Shown here one piece after another: positions 28,147 to 38,095 of a stretch of 64,000 bases of DNA. Within the stretch, counting starts at the first letter, position 1. Every line of letters starts with the position of its first letter. The notes beneath the pieces are model-generated. The model had not been told where the DNA came from. It did no database searches and saw only the letters and a list, made by a program, of their open reading frames with translations. Source of the stretch: a virus. Position numbers and translations under genes: made by a program. The DNA lies in the IMG/VR virus record IMGVR_UViG_3300043436_001160, positions 5,422 through 69,421 of that record; one strand, written 5' to 3'.

Positions 28147-29544
28147 ATGCCAGGTGATAACGTAACATCATTATTTCCTTTAGATTCGGGTACTAACGTA
28201 TTCCCAACAGGTGGTGCACTTTCAGCTGAAAATCATTTATGGCCTAAGGGTGGACAGGCTGCTGATCCTAGTTCTCTTCCGTTGACTTCTGGTGCATCAA
28301 ATCCAGATTACTGGCTTCCTATTTGGTCAGGCGAAGTAATTAATGCATATGACCAATATAATATTTTTGAACCAATGGTTGTTACTGAAACCATTGAATC
28401 AGGTACAACCAAGCGTTTCCCAATTACTGGTGTCGTTGGACACAAAGGTATTTGGAGTGCTGGTGAAGAATTAGTTGGAGATTCAGGTATTTCTACTCCA
28501 GGTTGGTTCGATATCTCACTCGATCAACGCCCAATGGCTGCGTTCTTTGAACTTGACGATATCCACCTCATGCTTACCCAATGGGATTATCGTGCTGAAC
28601 TAGCACGTCAAGCTGGTCTTGCTCTTGCTAATGTTCGTGATAAGCAGATTGCTTGCATGATTGCTCAAGGTGCATTTGCCGCTAATCGTAATCCATTTGG
28701 TACTGGTCTTGCTGGTATGAATAATACATCATACGGTGGTGGTTATAAGTTTGTACCAAATTCAGTATTTAATAATCTTGGTAATCGTGGTACTGGTGTA
28801 ACTGATACTCAACGAACCGACGCTGCTCTTGCACTTCTTCAACACCTTGAATATTACATGGTTAATCTCCAAGAACAAGATGTTCCAGCTGGTGAAGTCT
28901 ACTGCGCTGTATCCCCAGCTGCTTTCCATGACATTCGTGCTCTTGGTATTGCTCGTGATGCTACTGGTCTTGTTGGTGGTGCTGGTCGTCCATTCTTTGG
29001 TGGTGTATCTGAAGCTGGTGGTCTTGGTGCTGGCCTTAATCAAGGTATGTTTAACATTGGTGATATGCTAGAATACATGGGTATCAAGATCATCAAGAGC
29101 AACCACCTTGCCCAACTTGATGGTAATCGTATACTTTCAAACGGCACTGGTACTGGTGCAGTTGGTACTCTTGCCAATAAACCAAAAGCCGTTAGCGGCT
29201 CAACTGGTTTAGTTACTGATGCTGGTGTTATTCGTGACCTTGGCGATCAAAAGTATAACTTTGACTGGTGCCGCGATGATGATGGTACCTATGTTACTAC
29301 TGCTACTACTCCACTAAATAATGGTGCACCAACTGGTACTATTAATCCAGTTAAAGCCTTAATTTGGCAACGCAATGCTGTATGTTCACTACGCCTACAG
29401 GGTATGAAAGTTGAAACAGTTAAGGATGTCCGTCGTGGTACTTTCTTTACTGTAGCTAGTATCATGGGTGGTGCAGGTATTCTTCGCCCAGAGCTTTGTG
29501 CTGCAATTCAAGGTACATATCCAATTACCTCAATTACTACTTAA
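28147..29544 (+). CDS. Major capsid protein (T7 gp10-like)
   Basis: WSGEVINAY, TIESGTTKRFP, DYRAELARQAGLALANVRD, GAGILRPE. Confidence 0.92.
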   Translation: MPGDNVTSLFPLDSGTNVFPTGGALSAENHLWPKGGQAADPSSLPLTSGASNPDYWLPIWSGEVINAYDQYNIFEPMVVTETIESGTTKRFPITGVVGHKGIWSAGEELVGDSGISTPGWFDISLDQRPMAAFFELDDIHLMLTQWDYRAELARQAGLALANVRDKQIACMIAQGAFAANRNPFGTGLAGMNNTSYGGGYKFVPNSVFNNLGNRGTGVTDTQRTDAALALLQHLEYYMVNLQEQDVPAGEVYCAVSPAAFHDIRALGIARDATGLVGGAGRPFFGGVSEAGGLGAGLNQGMFNIGDMLEYMGIKIIKSNHLAQLDGNRILSNGTGTGAVGTLANKPKAVSGSTGLVTDAGVIRDLGDQKYNFDWCRDDDGTYVTTATTPLNNGAPTGTINPVKALIWQRNAVCSLRLQGMKVETVKDVRRGTFFTVASIMGGAGILRPELCAAIQGTYPITSITT

Positions 29545-29577
29545 TTTTAGTGTTAACTAATTACATTTTATTACTTG

Positions 29578-29614
29578 TACCTAGGGGGTCGAAAGGCCCC
29601 CTAGGTATTTTTTT
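29578..29614 (+). terminator. T-phi-like terminator after capsid gene
   Basis: TACCTAGGGGGTC-GAAA-GGCCCCCTAGGTA followed by TTTTTTT. Confidence 0.88.
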
Positions 29615-29627
29615 CTCAGGAGTACTT

Positions 29628-29798
29628 ATGTCTTTAAAATCATATAATCCAATTCAAATGTCTTCTAGAGGTCTTGGCGATACCGTAGCTAAGGTGGCAA
29701 ACAAACTGGGATTTAAAAAAACCCCAGGATGTGGTTGCGAAAAACGTCAAGAAATGTTAAACAAACTTGTGCCTTATAAGCAGAAGGGAGGTAAGTAA
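29628..29798 (+). CDS. Small protein (GLGD...CGC type)
   Basis: SRGLGDTVAK...CGCEKRQEMLN; AGGAG SD before ATG 29628. Confidence 0.65.
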   Translation: MSLKSYNPIQMSSRGLGDTVAKVANKLGFKKTPGCGCEKRQEMLNKLVPYKQKGGK

Positions 29799-30469
29799 TG
29801 GGACTATACAGCTATGTAGATGCAGTTAATCACATGCTATTGTCCTCGGGTGAACACATAGTAAATGATCTTAGTACAGATGCGGGTGTCGATACAAGTG
29901 TTGCTCAGTTCATACTTAATCAAACTATAAAAGCAGCTGTAATGAGAGGTATAGCAAACAATAGATATGTTGCTACCTTTACTCCTGAAACAGCTGGTGT
30001 TAACGTAGGTAAGATAATCTTACCCGATACTGCTTGTTATGCTCAAGTTGTTGAACCTCTGTTCGATCCTACGACGGGGGAGGTGATCCAAACTACTATT
30101 AAGTCCAATCCAACAAGGTTGTTCAACATCACCAAGCAGACTGATATATTTGATAAGGCATTAAAAATTGAGGTTATTGTAACACTTAATAACGCAGCAA
30201 ACAACTATGGTTGGGATGACATTGATTCTGCTTTACAAAGAGGAATCATGGAAACTGCTGCTAGAGAGTATCAGGCTATAACCCAAGGTGATCTAGACGT
30301 CGATAAGCGTATGGCTATGCGAGAACAATACCATCTTTCTCGTGGCCGAGCTTCTGATGTTTTTAAGAAAAATAGATCTATATTACTAGGTGATCATGGA
30401 ACTAGAGCAGCTGTCGATAGACGTGGCATTCTCTCTAATGATCCATACTTTACAAGAACGAGGTTCTAA
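29798..30469 (+). CDS. Tail tubular protein A (T7 gp11-like)
   Basis: DAVNHMLLSSGE N-terminal motif; position after capsid. Confidence 0.88.
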   Translation: MGLYSYVDAVNHMLLSSGEHIVNDLSTDAGVDTSVAQFILNQTIKAAVMRGIANNRYVATFTPETAGVNVGKIILPDTACYAQVVEPLFDPTTGEVIQTTIKSNPTRLFNITKQTDIFDKALKIEVIVTLNNAANNYGWDDIDSALQRGIMETAAREYQAITQGDLDVDKRMAMREQYHLSRGRASDVFKKNRSILLGDHGTRAAVDRRGILSNDPYFTRTRF

Positions 30470-33189
30470 TGGCTTTTGCAAGACTTCCAATTAATACACT
30501 AAGTGGTGGCGTAGGGCGACAAGCACCTACTAAGAGACTAACCAGTGAGGCTGAAAACATAGATAACTGCCTCGTTACTCTTGAGAAGTCTGTTGAAAAA
30601 AGACCACCACTTACTTATGTATCCACCAGTACTGGAAATAGTTATCTAGATGTTGCTAATGTTGAGGTTCCTGCGGGATTAAACTTTAATACTGATAACC
30701 TTTATTTTCACTTTCTAGATATTGATGGATACAATCGTTATTGCATTATTATTAATAGAGCAGGATATCCATTTGATCCTGTAGTTCAAAACTCTTTTAC
30801 CCACAGTGGTCATACAATTAATCTTTCTGATTTTATAACTGTTTATAGAATTGAACCTACTCAATGGATTAAAGAAACTGTAGATAACTCTGCTGGAATT
30901 ACTAATACATCTGGGTTTAATCGAGCAGTTTATGAATACTTGACATATGGAAATAGAGCAACAACTGCTAATTATTATTTAGCAGGAGAGAATATTGTCA
31001 ATGTTACACCGTCTTCTGTTAATGAAACTTTTGGCTCTACTGACTTTGATGTAGGTTTGTTACTATGGAATAAAAAAATTCCTATTGATTATTTACCAGA
31101 TAATAGAAACTTAGAGACTGGTATTTCTTCAACTAACTGGATTAGTTCATTCCCAAATAATGAATACATTCACTCAGGTGATGTAATCAATTACAAGAGA
31201 ACAAGTCCACCCCAAACCTTATTACCTGTTGATGAAGACTTAATTGATTCTGATCGTTATTGGATTAACGTAAGAGATGATGTTATTTTAAATATTAATC
31301 CAGATACCTTAGAGGAAGAAGAAGAAGGCCAGAGTAGAGAAAACTTTAGTGAGATTCCTCAGTTTCCAGCATCTGAAGTTTATAATGATGTTAGAGATTT
31401 TAATGGCTATAGAGCCAGTAGAATGATCTATGATTACTATGACAAGCCTCATAATATTTCTATTCCTGGTGGTGGTATTGTATGGACAAAGGATCATTAT
31501 TATCCAAGTTCACCCCTGCCAGCAGAAGATAGAGATGGTAATACAGACTACCTTGGATTAGGAAAAGTCTACGCTGCAAGAAATAATTACTTAACATTTC
31601 CTGCTAGTTTTTATAGAGCAACACGTTATACCAAGAATCCATACTTTGAACGACTACGCAGTGAAGGTCCTAACTCTGTAATAGACCACCGTACTTTCCC
31701 TATTTGGATTTACAAAGACTTTACAGACCAAGGTAAGTGGAAGGTTAAACACATGCCTTTGGTTCCACGACGATCTGGAACAAGTCTTAGCAACCCTGGG
31801 CCTAAAGCTTTAGAGCGAAAAGAAACAATCCAATCAGTATCTATTTGGAAGAATAGACTTTGGATTGCTACTGAAAATACAATTATGGCTAGTAGAACTA
31901 ACTCATTCTTTGATTTCTGGGTATCAGATATTTCTAATATAGTAGAAACAGATCCTATTGATATCCAAGCAAGCGTGGGTGCTTATAACAAACTGACTTA
32001 TATTGTACCGTTCCAAAATATTCTAATTGTTTTGGGTGCTGGTTCAACTCAGTTTGAAGTACGAGGTGGCTCCAATGATGTAGGTATTTCTCCGTTTAAC
32101 GTCGAGTTTAGACCTACTTCATTCTTTAGTACTTCTAAAGTAACAGCTCCACAGAAAATGGGTACAAATGTTTTCTTTGTAAATGATAAAAAAATGTATA
32201 TGTATCTTAGTGGTAGTTCCTTTAGTGATGAGTACTCAACTTCAATGGACATTAGTCATCACTGTAGAGATTATCTTCCTTCTGATATCTCAGCTTTAGG
32301 TGTTAGCTCGGCAACAAGTACTGTATTTATGGTAGATCAAAGTGCCCCTAACTATATGTATTTATTTACATTTAGAACTAATGGTGATAAGATTTCTCAG
32401 AATGCATTCCATAGATGGGTATTATCTTCTAATGATAATATTAAATCTATTAAGGCATATGAAAAAGATCTTTACATAATTAGTAAAAGACCAACTGGAC
32501 CAGTTATTAATAATCTTCCTAATAAGCTTTGTGTTTATTTTGTTTCTTTAGAAACTGTACCTTACACAACACCTATGTTAGATTGGTTAATTACTAAACA
32601 ACCAGAAGGTAGTTTGTTTGGAGGTAAAACAAAGATTATCCTTCCTTACTATGATCCCAATGTTAGTTATGTTTCTTTAACTAATGCTTCTTGGGGTTCA
32701 GAGCAATATAAGGTTATTGCTGTAGCTTCTGGAGATATCTCTTATAATGCTTCCACTAATAATACAGAAATCTTTATTACTGGTGATTATAGGGCATATC
32801 CTGTTTCTATTGGACGAACATATCAAATGAATGTTGAATTGTCTCAGCAAGTCTATAGATCAGCTCAAGATCCTAATTCAGTTTATGAAGGCGTACTTAA
32901 CCTTAAGAAGATAACTACTAGACACTTGTATTCAGGTTCATATGATTTAGTTGTTGAGCGTCGGGGTCGTTTAGATAATCCTGTTACATTCTATCCACTA
33001 GATACCAACAGCATTATAGATACTTTAGCTCAACTTAGGATAGATAGGGTTGGGGAACATTTGGTAAAGATCCTCAGTTACTCTGAGAATTGTAAAATCT
33101 TTATCAGATCATCTTATCCAACCCCGTGTAATATATCAAATATAGAGATTGTTGGTAACTTTAGATCTCTAAATACCAGCATTGAATAA
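30469..33189 (+). CDS. Tail tubular protein B / nozzle (T7 gp12-like)
   Basis: LSGGVGRQAP, VEKRPP, WKNRLW, DPIDI; size and position. Confidence 0.9.
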   Translation: MAFARLPINTLSGGVGRQAPTKRLTSEAENIDNCLVTLEKSVEKRPPLTYVSTSTGNSYLDVANVEVPAGLNFNTDNLYFHFLDIDGYNRYCIIINRAGYPFDPVVQNSFTHSGHTINLSDFITVYRIEPTQWIKETVDNSAGITNTSGFNRAVYEYLTYGNRATTANYYLAGENIVNVTPSSVNETFGSTDFDVGLLLWNKKIPIDYLPDNRNLETGISSTNWISSFPNNEYIHSGDVINYKRTSPPQTLLPVDEDLIDSDRYWINVRDDVILNINPDTLEEEEEGQSRENFSEIPQFPASEVYNDVRDFNGYRASRMIYDYYDKPHNISIPGGGIVWTKDHYYPSSPLPAEDRDGNTDYLGLGKVYAARNNYLTFPASFYRATRYTKNPYFERLRSEGPNSVIDHRTFPIWIYKDFTDQGKWKVKHMPLVPRRSGTSLSNPGPKALERKETIQSVSIWKNRLWIATENTIMASRTNSFFDFWVSDISNIVETDPIDIQASVGAYNKLTYIVPFQNILIVLGAGSTQFEVRGGSNDVGISPFNVEFRPTSFFSTSKVTAPQKMGTNVFFVNDKKMYMYLSGSSFSDEYSTSMDISHHCRDYLPSDISALGVSSATSTVFMVDQSAPNYMYLFTFRTNGDKISQNAFHRWVLSSNDNIKSIKAYEKDLYIISKRPTGPVINNLPNKLCVYFVSLETVPYTTPMLDWLITKQPEGSLFGGKTKIILPYYDPNVSYVSLTNASWGSEQYKVIAVASGDISYNASTNNTEIFITGDYRAYPVSIGRTYQMNVELSQQVYRSAQDPNSVYEGVLNLKKITTRHLYSGSYDLVVERRGRLDNPVTFYPLDTNSIIDTLAQLRIDRVGEHLVKILSYSENCKIFIRSSYPTPCNISNIEIVGNFRSLNTSIE

Positions 33190-33198
33190 GGAGAAAGC

Positions 33199-36100
33199 AT
33201 GCCTTGTTATGATTATTTAACTACGAATTCTTCGTTATTTACAAATACAGAAGTAACTTTGCCTATTAGTGGCACTACTTATTCCTATAATTCTTTATAT
33301 TGGATTTGTAATTATTCAGTTTCAACTCAGTTAAAAGTATTTAAGAAGAGCTCTACAACAAGTAATACTGTTCAGTTGATTTTAAATACAGACTTTACTA
33401 TTAATGAAACTAATGCTACTATTAATATTACAGCATCTTTAGTTGGTTTTGATCAGATTGTGCTACAAAGATCTACCCTTAGTGATCGCATGATTACTAA
33501 TTTTTCAGAAGGCGCTAAACTTACCGCTAAAGATCTTAATGATTGTTTCTATCAGTTGTTATTTGTAACTCAAGAAAAAGACTTTACTAACTCAACCGTT
33601 AATGTTAATTACTCTTTAGCAACCGCAGTTAGTGCGTGGGTAAATGGAACTTCATATACAATTGGTAGTATTGTTTCATATAACAATAAAATTTATAAAT
33701 GTATCCAAGCCACCAGTAGCATTGATCCAACTAATGTTTCATTCTGGACAATGATTAATCCAACACTTAATGGATTTTATATTACAGGAACTAACTCTAG
33801 TTTAGAGTTTGACTTTAGTAATTTACAAGCTGGACATGCTATTATTTGGAATGGAACTAAGTTTGTATCTAATGCCTTTAGTGGTTCTATTTCAAATCTA
33901 TCAGATGTCGATACAACTCCCGTAGCTAATAAAGATATCTTAGTATATGATACTTCTAATGGTAATAAATGGACTGCAAAAAGTCCAACAGTTGATATTA
34001 CCCAAGCACAACTTCTTTTTGCAGATAGAACATTCTATCCTCCAACAAACCTTTCATGGTACAACGGAACTGGACTTAATGTTTCTTCAGTAACACAACT
34101 TGGTGGATTTAAAAATAACTCTAATCAATGGGTAGTTACAGATCCTCCTACAGTTTATCATATTATTAAGAAAATTCTACCAGCTGAAGAAGATCCAGTT
34201 ACTTATTTTACCAATGTAACCAATAGTCTTGAAGATGTTTCAGATCGTTTGTCAAATCCAATTAAGATTAAACTAGAATGGAATTTAAATCAAGGTAGAA
34301 TTAATACCGCAAAATCAGATGGTTTTGATAATCTTGGCAATTATAAATCAATGTATTGGAATAAACCCAATGAATTATACAGTGCATCTGGTTATAATTT
34401 AACAGGTCCTTTGCCACTTGTATTTCATGGAGTACAATCTGTAGATTCTCCAGTTACTAAAGTATATACAAGTCCTTATTTCAATAGAACAACTGTCTCA
34501 GCAAGTGAAACATCCTATACATCAAAACTATATGGTTATGGTATTGCAGCTTTCTATCTTAGTGTACCAGAGTGTTATACAACAACACTTAAGATGCCTA
34601 TATTTAGTTTAACATCTGGAGAAGAACAACTATTTTATTTACCAGTGGCGTCTGGATCAAACCTTGATACTACTGGGATTAGTAATGCATTTAATTCAAT
34701 CTCAGCTGAAGGTGGTACATTTAATAACGGTAATGTAAATTTTAAAGATTTTTATCTTTTACATCTCCGTGATATGTGTTTTGCTGGAGTAAGACAACCA
34801 GGTAGTTATAGTGTAAGCGCTAGTCCACAACAACGAGATAAAATTGCTCGATTAATGAAAAATTACTTTATAGCTGCGGATTATGATTTTAGTTATATTG
34901 GAGATACTTTAACTAACACTATAAATTATAAACGACTTGAAACAGCAGAATCAGCTATTAGTTGTATGTGGAAAATTCCTGCTACAATTATTTACTATAA
35001 TAAACAATCTTTAGCAATGGCATCAACAGCTGAAGGTTCAATTAATACAAGTAATAGTTTTACCAATGAAAAACCAACTGTAAGATTTCAGGGTTGGAAT
35101 CGTTTACAAAAAACAGAAAATTTAGATAGTACAACTAGTAATAGATGGGAAGGTGTTTATGCCAAAGCAGATAAACTATGGACTGCTTGGCAACAACGAT
35201 GGCTTACAGAAAATACTAATACCTATGATTATCGTTTTAATGAAGCAGATATTGATTGGTTCACCAGTAATGTTGGAGTCGTAGACACAAGTACATTAAA
35301 TCCACATTTAGATTTGTACAGACAAAGTTATGATTATCCTAGTTATACAGCTAATACTTATATTAGTGGTTACACAGCTATTTCTGCTGGTAGTGTTGTT
35401 CCATGGGCTTTTAGGCCAAATGATATACACGCAGGAGGTGGACTTCCTGATAATGCTGGATATACTGGTGTTTACCAAAGTTTTGTAGATCAGAATGCTA
35501 TATTTTCTAATGCTCATAACTTTGTTCCTAATCCCGAAGATGAATATGTTTTTAGAGTTGTAGCTAAGAAAGGTGTTATTAGTAATTATTTTATTGATGC
35601 ACTTAGAGATAAACTTAAATCATCAATTATCTTGGAATATGGTTTAACCGACAATGCAAATTATCAATCTAAGAATAGTGTAACTACTAATACAAGTATT
35701 TATAAAAATCAATACAGTCAACTAGAAGCATCTAGTGCCAGAGTTTGGTCTAAAACAGATTTATCAAAGTTAAAAGTATATATTAAGAATGAATCAGTTG
35801 AAACTTATGCAGGTGATACTCGTTATGTAATTACCTTAGCAATTCGTGTGCCACGTTTAAAATCTTTAGGATATTCTAAAGTTTATAGAAAGTTTTCTGA
35901 TGCAGAAACAGGACATCCACAAAGAGACAGTAATGCTGATGATACCGAAATTGACTCAGGCCCTTGGGGTTTTACATTAGGTCCTATTACTGGAGCTGCA
36001 ACTCCAGTGTTATTCGGTACAGTAGCAAATAATAAAAATATTTATACTTATGATGCAATGGGAATTTATACTATGTATAATGAAGTTGGTATTGGTTCTA

Positions 36101-36258
36101 GAGCTTATGGTATTGCAAATCGTGTCGAGTGTGCTGTAAAGTTTACAAACCTAGGTATTCCTAGTAATCTTTGGATTCGTTTATCTGTTTTAAATACAGA
36201 TGGAACTTTAGCTTTAATTAATAGTGGTGGATTTAATTCTTTAGCAACTCAAGAATAA
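33199..36258 (+). CDS. Tail fibre/spike (T7 gp17-type N-terminal anchor)
   Basis: FSEGAKLTAKDLNDCFYQLLFVTQE anchor motif, then CBM5/12-like WVNGTSYTIGSIVSYNNKIYKC. Confidence 0.82.
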   Translation: MPCYDYLTTNSSLFTNTEVTLPISGTTYSYNSLYWICNYSVSTQLKVFKKSSTTSNTVQLILNTDFTINETNATINITASLVGFDQIVLQRSTLSDRMITNFSEGAKLTAKDLNDCFYQLLFVTQEKDFTNSTVNVNYSLATAVSAWVNGTSYTIGSIVSYNNKIYKCIQATSSIDPTNVSFWTMINPTLNGFYITGTNSSLEFDFSNLQAGHAIIWNGTKFVSNAFSGSISNLSDVDTTPVANKDILVYDTSNGNKWTAKSPTVDITQAQLLFADRTFYPPTNLSWYNGTGLNVSSVTQLGGFKNNSNQWVVTDPPTVYHIIKKILPAEEDPVTYFTNVTNSLEDVSDRLSNPIKIKLEWNLNQGRINTAKSDGFDNLGNYKSMYWNKPNELYSASGYNLTGPLPLVFHGVQSVDSPVTKVYTSPYFNRTTVSASETSYTSKLYGYGIAAFYLSVPECYTTTLKMPIFSLTSGEEQLFYLPVASGSNLDTTGISNAFNSISAEGGTFNNGNVNFKDFYLLHLRDMCFAGVRQPGSYSVSASPQQRDKIARLMKNYFIAADYDFSYIGDTLTNTINYKRLETAESAISCMWKIPATIIYYNKQSLAMASTAEGSINTSNSFTNEKPTVRFQGWNRLQKTENLDSTTSNRWEGVYAKADKLWTAWQQRWLTENTNTYDYRFNEADIDWFTSNVGVVDTSTLNPHLDLYRQSYDYPSYTANTYISGYTAISAGSVVPWAFRPNDIHAGGGLPDNAGYTGVYQSFVDQNAIFSNAHNFVPNPEDEYVFRVVAKKGVISNYFIDALRDKLKSSIILEYGLTDNANYQSKNSVTTNTSIYKNQYSQLEASSARVWSKTDLSKLKVYIKNESVETYAGDTRYVITLAIRVPRLKSLGYSKVYRKFSDAETGHPQRDSNADDTEIDSGPWGFTLGPITGAATPVLFGTVANNKNIYTYDAMGIYTMYNEVGIGSRAYGIANRVECAVKFTNLGIPSNLWIRLSVLNTDGTLALINSGGFNSLATQE

Positions 36259-36268
36259 GGAGAAACTA

Positions 36269-36535
36269 ATGGAGGAAAAGAATCGTAATAGTCCAACAGT
36301 TGTACTTCAATGGTTTCAACTTATTGTATTAGCTATTGGTGTTGGTGGATTTTTTATTGATATCGGAAAAAGAAGTCAATTAATTGATAAAACTGATAAA
36401 GATTTAGCTGAGTTAAAGATTATTGTTCAAGATTTGGTTAAAGCCCAGATTCAAGTTTCATCTAATGATGCTCGTCACGGTGCAATGCTAGATGATTTAA
36501 AACAAAGAGTTATAGAATTGGAGAAACGTAAATGA
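36269..36535 (+). CDS. Single-TM coiled-coil protein (holin/lysis accessory candidate)
   Basis: TM VVLQWFQLIVLAIGVGGFF; position after tail fibre. Confidence 0.5.
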   Translation: MEEKNRNSPTVVLQWFQLIVLAIGVGGFFIDIGKRSQLIDKTDKDLAELKIIVQDLVKAQIQVSSNDARHGAMLDDLKQRVIELEKRK

Positions 36536-37092
36536 AGTATTTTTTACTGTTAATATTATTTACCCTAGCAAGTTGCAAATCTCCAACTAAAACTATTGCA
36601 GAAAATGCAAATGTAGTTCAAGAGTCTGCACAGTCAAGTAAGGAACGCTTCCAAAAAATTGAAGAAGCCACTAAAACCGAGCTTATTGATGTAGAGTCAA
36701 TCCAGTCTGAATCTCAAGCTGGAGTTCAAGAACAAGAAGTAATTATTAATCTAACTAAGTCTACTTTAGTTGCGTTAACTAAAGTAGAAGACGAAGTACC
36801 TTGGTGGGCAAGTTTATTAACTTATATTATGATTACCCTTAGTCTTATATCTATAGTATTCTTACTATGGTACACAGGTTTAGGTAATTTATTAAAAGGT
36901 ATATTTTACTCACTAGGTTTATTTATTCCTAAGGCTAAACTAGAGCAAGCTGATATAGCACGAAAAGCTTTAGCACAGGATAATCCTGTTACAGCACGGG
37001 AAATGGTAGCTGCACTCAGGGCATCTGATCCTGCCTTTGATGCAGCATTCAAGAAAACAAAGGAGACAAAAAATGACAACAGTATTAGCTAG
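36532..37092 (+). CDS. Lipoprotein with internal TM helix (spanin candidate)
   Basis: Signal and lipobox MKYFLLLILFTLAS-C, coiled coil, TM WWASLLTYIMITLSLISIVFLLWY. Confidence 0.55.
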   Translation: MKYFLLLILFTLASCKSPTKTIAENANVVQESAQSSKERFQKIEEATKTELIDVESIQSESQAGVQEQEVIINLTKSTLVALTKVEDEVPWWASLLTYIMITLSLISIVFLLWYTGLGNLLKGIFYSLGLFIPKAKLEQADIARKALAQDNPVTAREMVAALRASDPAFDAAFKKTKETKNDNSIS

Positions 37093-37210
37093 TTTTGAAT
37101 CGTTCCTCGGTAGTGTTTGGTTTGCTGGTATGCTTGCAGTAGTTGGTTATATTGTAGGCCATATCTTCCCAATCTCAAAGATTGCTGAGTTATTTGGTAA
37201 GAAGCCATGA
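37073..37210 (+). CDS. Small membrane protein (45 aa)
   Basis: Translated by eye: MTTVLASFESFLGSVWFAGMLAVVGYIVGHIFPISKIAELFGKKP; AAGGAG SD. Confidence 0.6.
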   Translation: MTTVLASFESFLGSVWFAGMLAVVGYIVGHIFPISKIAELFGKKP

Positions 37211-37428
37211 AAGAAAAGTTAAATCAATTACAAGATCTTCTTTTAGATTGTTTGGTTAATGATTTACAAGATCCAGATCGACGTACACCAGGTTTATATA
37301 CCGTTATTAGAGGCATCCTCAGTGATCACAAGGATCAAGTAAACAAGATCCCAAGTGAGTCTATAGAAGCCGTAGAGCAAGCTATTAAAGATGCTGCTCC
37401 ATTTAAGATTAAGAAAGCAGCTTATTAA
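37207..37428 (+). CDS. Putative terminase small subunit (T7 gp18-like)
   Basis: Helical 73-aa protein (LNQLQDLLLDCL...VIRGILSDH) upstream of the large terminase. Confidence 0.6.
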   Translation: MKEKLNQLQDLLLDCLVNDLQDPDRRTPGLYTVIRGILSDHKDQVNKIPSESIEAVEQAIKDAAPFKIKKAAY

Positions 37429-37429
37429 T

Positions 37430-38086
37430 ATGAAGATTACTTTTGCTAGTGTATTGTTTATTTCATCAGCCGCATGTGCTGAAGTTATTGTTGCTAATAA
37501 TCCAGTTGTAGATACAGTTGGATTTTACTCAGATGCTTTTGATTCCAAAGGATCATATACTTATGCTCAAAGTGGAGCACAAGGTTTTGATCTTGAAGAA
37601 GCATATTCAACTTCATCTATTCGTTGGTGGGGTTCCATGAATGGTTTTAATGATCAAGGTTTAACCAATATTGATTGTTTCCAAATCATTGTGTGGAATA
37701 CAGACTTTGAAACTCACGTAACAAACCAAAAGATTGATCTTTCAGGTATTACTGTTACTGCAACTGGTGATTATAATTTTTTTGGTCAACCAGTCTATGA
37801 GTTTTACGTTCCGTTTACATTCCAAGTTGCAGCAGGAAGTTACTTTATGAATATTGGTGCTCAACTTAATGATGCTATGGGTGATCAGTTTGTTTGGTCG
37901 CAAGGCCAAAATGTAAATCAGTTTTGGTTTACAGACGAAAATGCACAAAACAAGTGGGGTGATTGGCGCCCACTTCCTACCTTCATCGGCAATACCGCTG
38001 GTGGTGCATTTCAATTGAATGCTCCAACCCCAGGTGCTATTGCTTTGGTTGGTATGGCTGGTTTAATTAGTCGTCGTAGACGATAA
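37430..38086 (+). CDS. Secreted PEP-CTERM-type sorting-signal protein
   Basis: Signal peptide MKITFASVLFISSAACA; C-terminal APTPGAIALVGMAGLISRRRR. Confidence 0.85.
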   Translation: MKITFASVLFISSAACAEVIVANNPVVDTVGFYSDAFDSKGSYTYAQSGAQGFDLEEAYSTSSIRWWGSMNGFNDQGLTNIDCFQIIVWNTDFETHVTNQKIDLSGITVTATGDYNFFGQPVYEFYVPFTFQVAAGSYFMNIGAQLNDAMGDQFVWSQGQNVNQFWFTDENAQNKWGDWRPLPTFIGNTAGGAFQLNAPTPGAIALVGMAGLISRRRR

Positions 38087-38095
38087 GGAGATTGG

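Noticed and set aside
29500-29798. T7 10B-like frameshift extension of the capsid via ORF 29496..29798
   Set aside because: No clear slippery site; a strong terminator intervenes and the downstream part has its own SD and ATG at 29628
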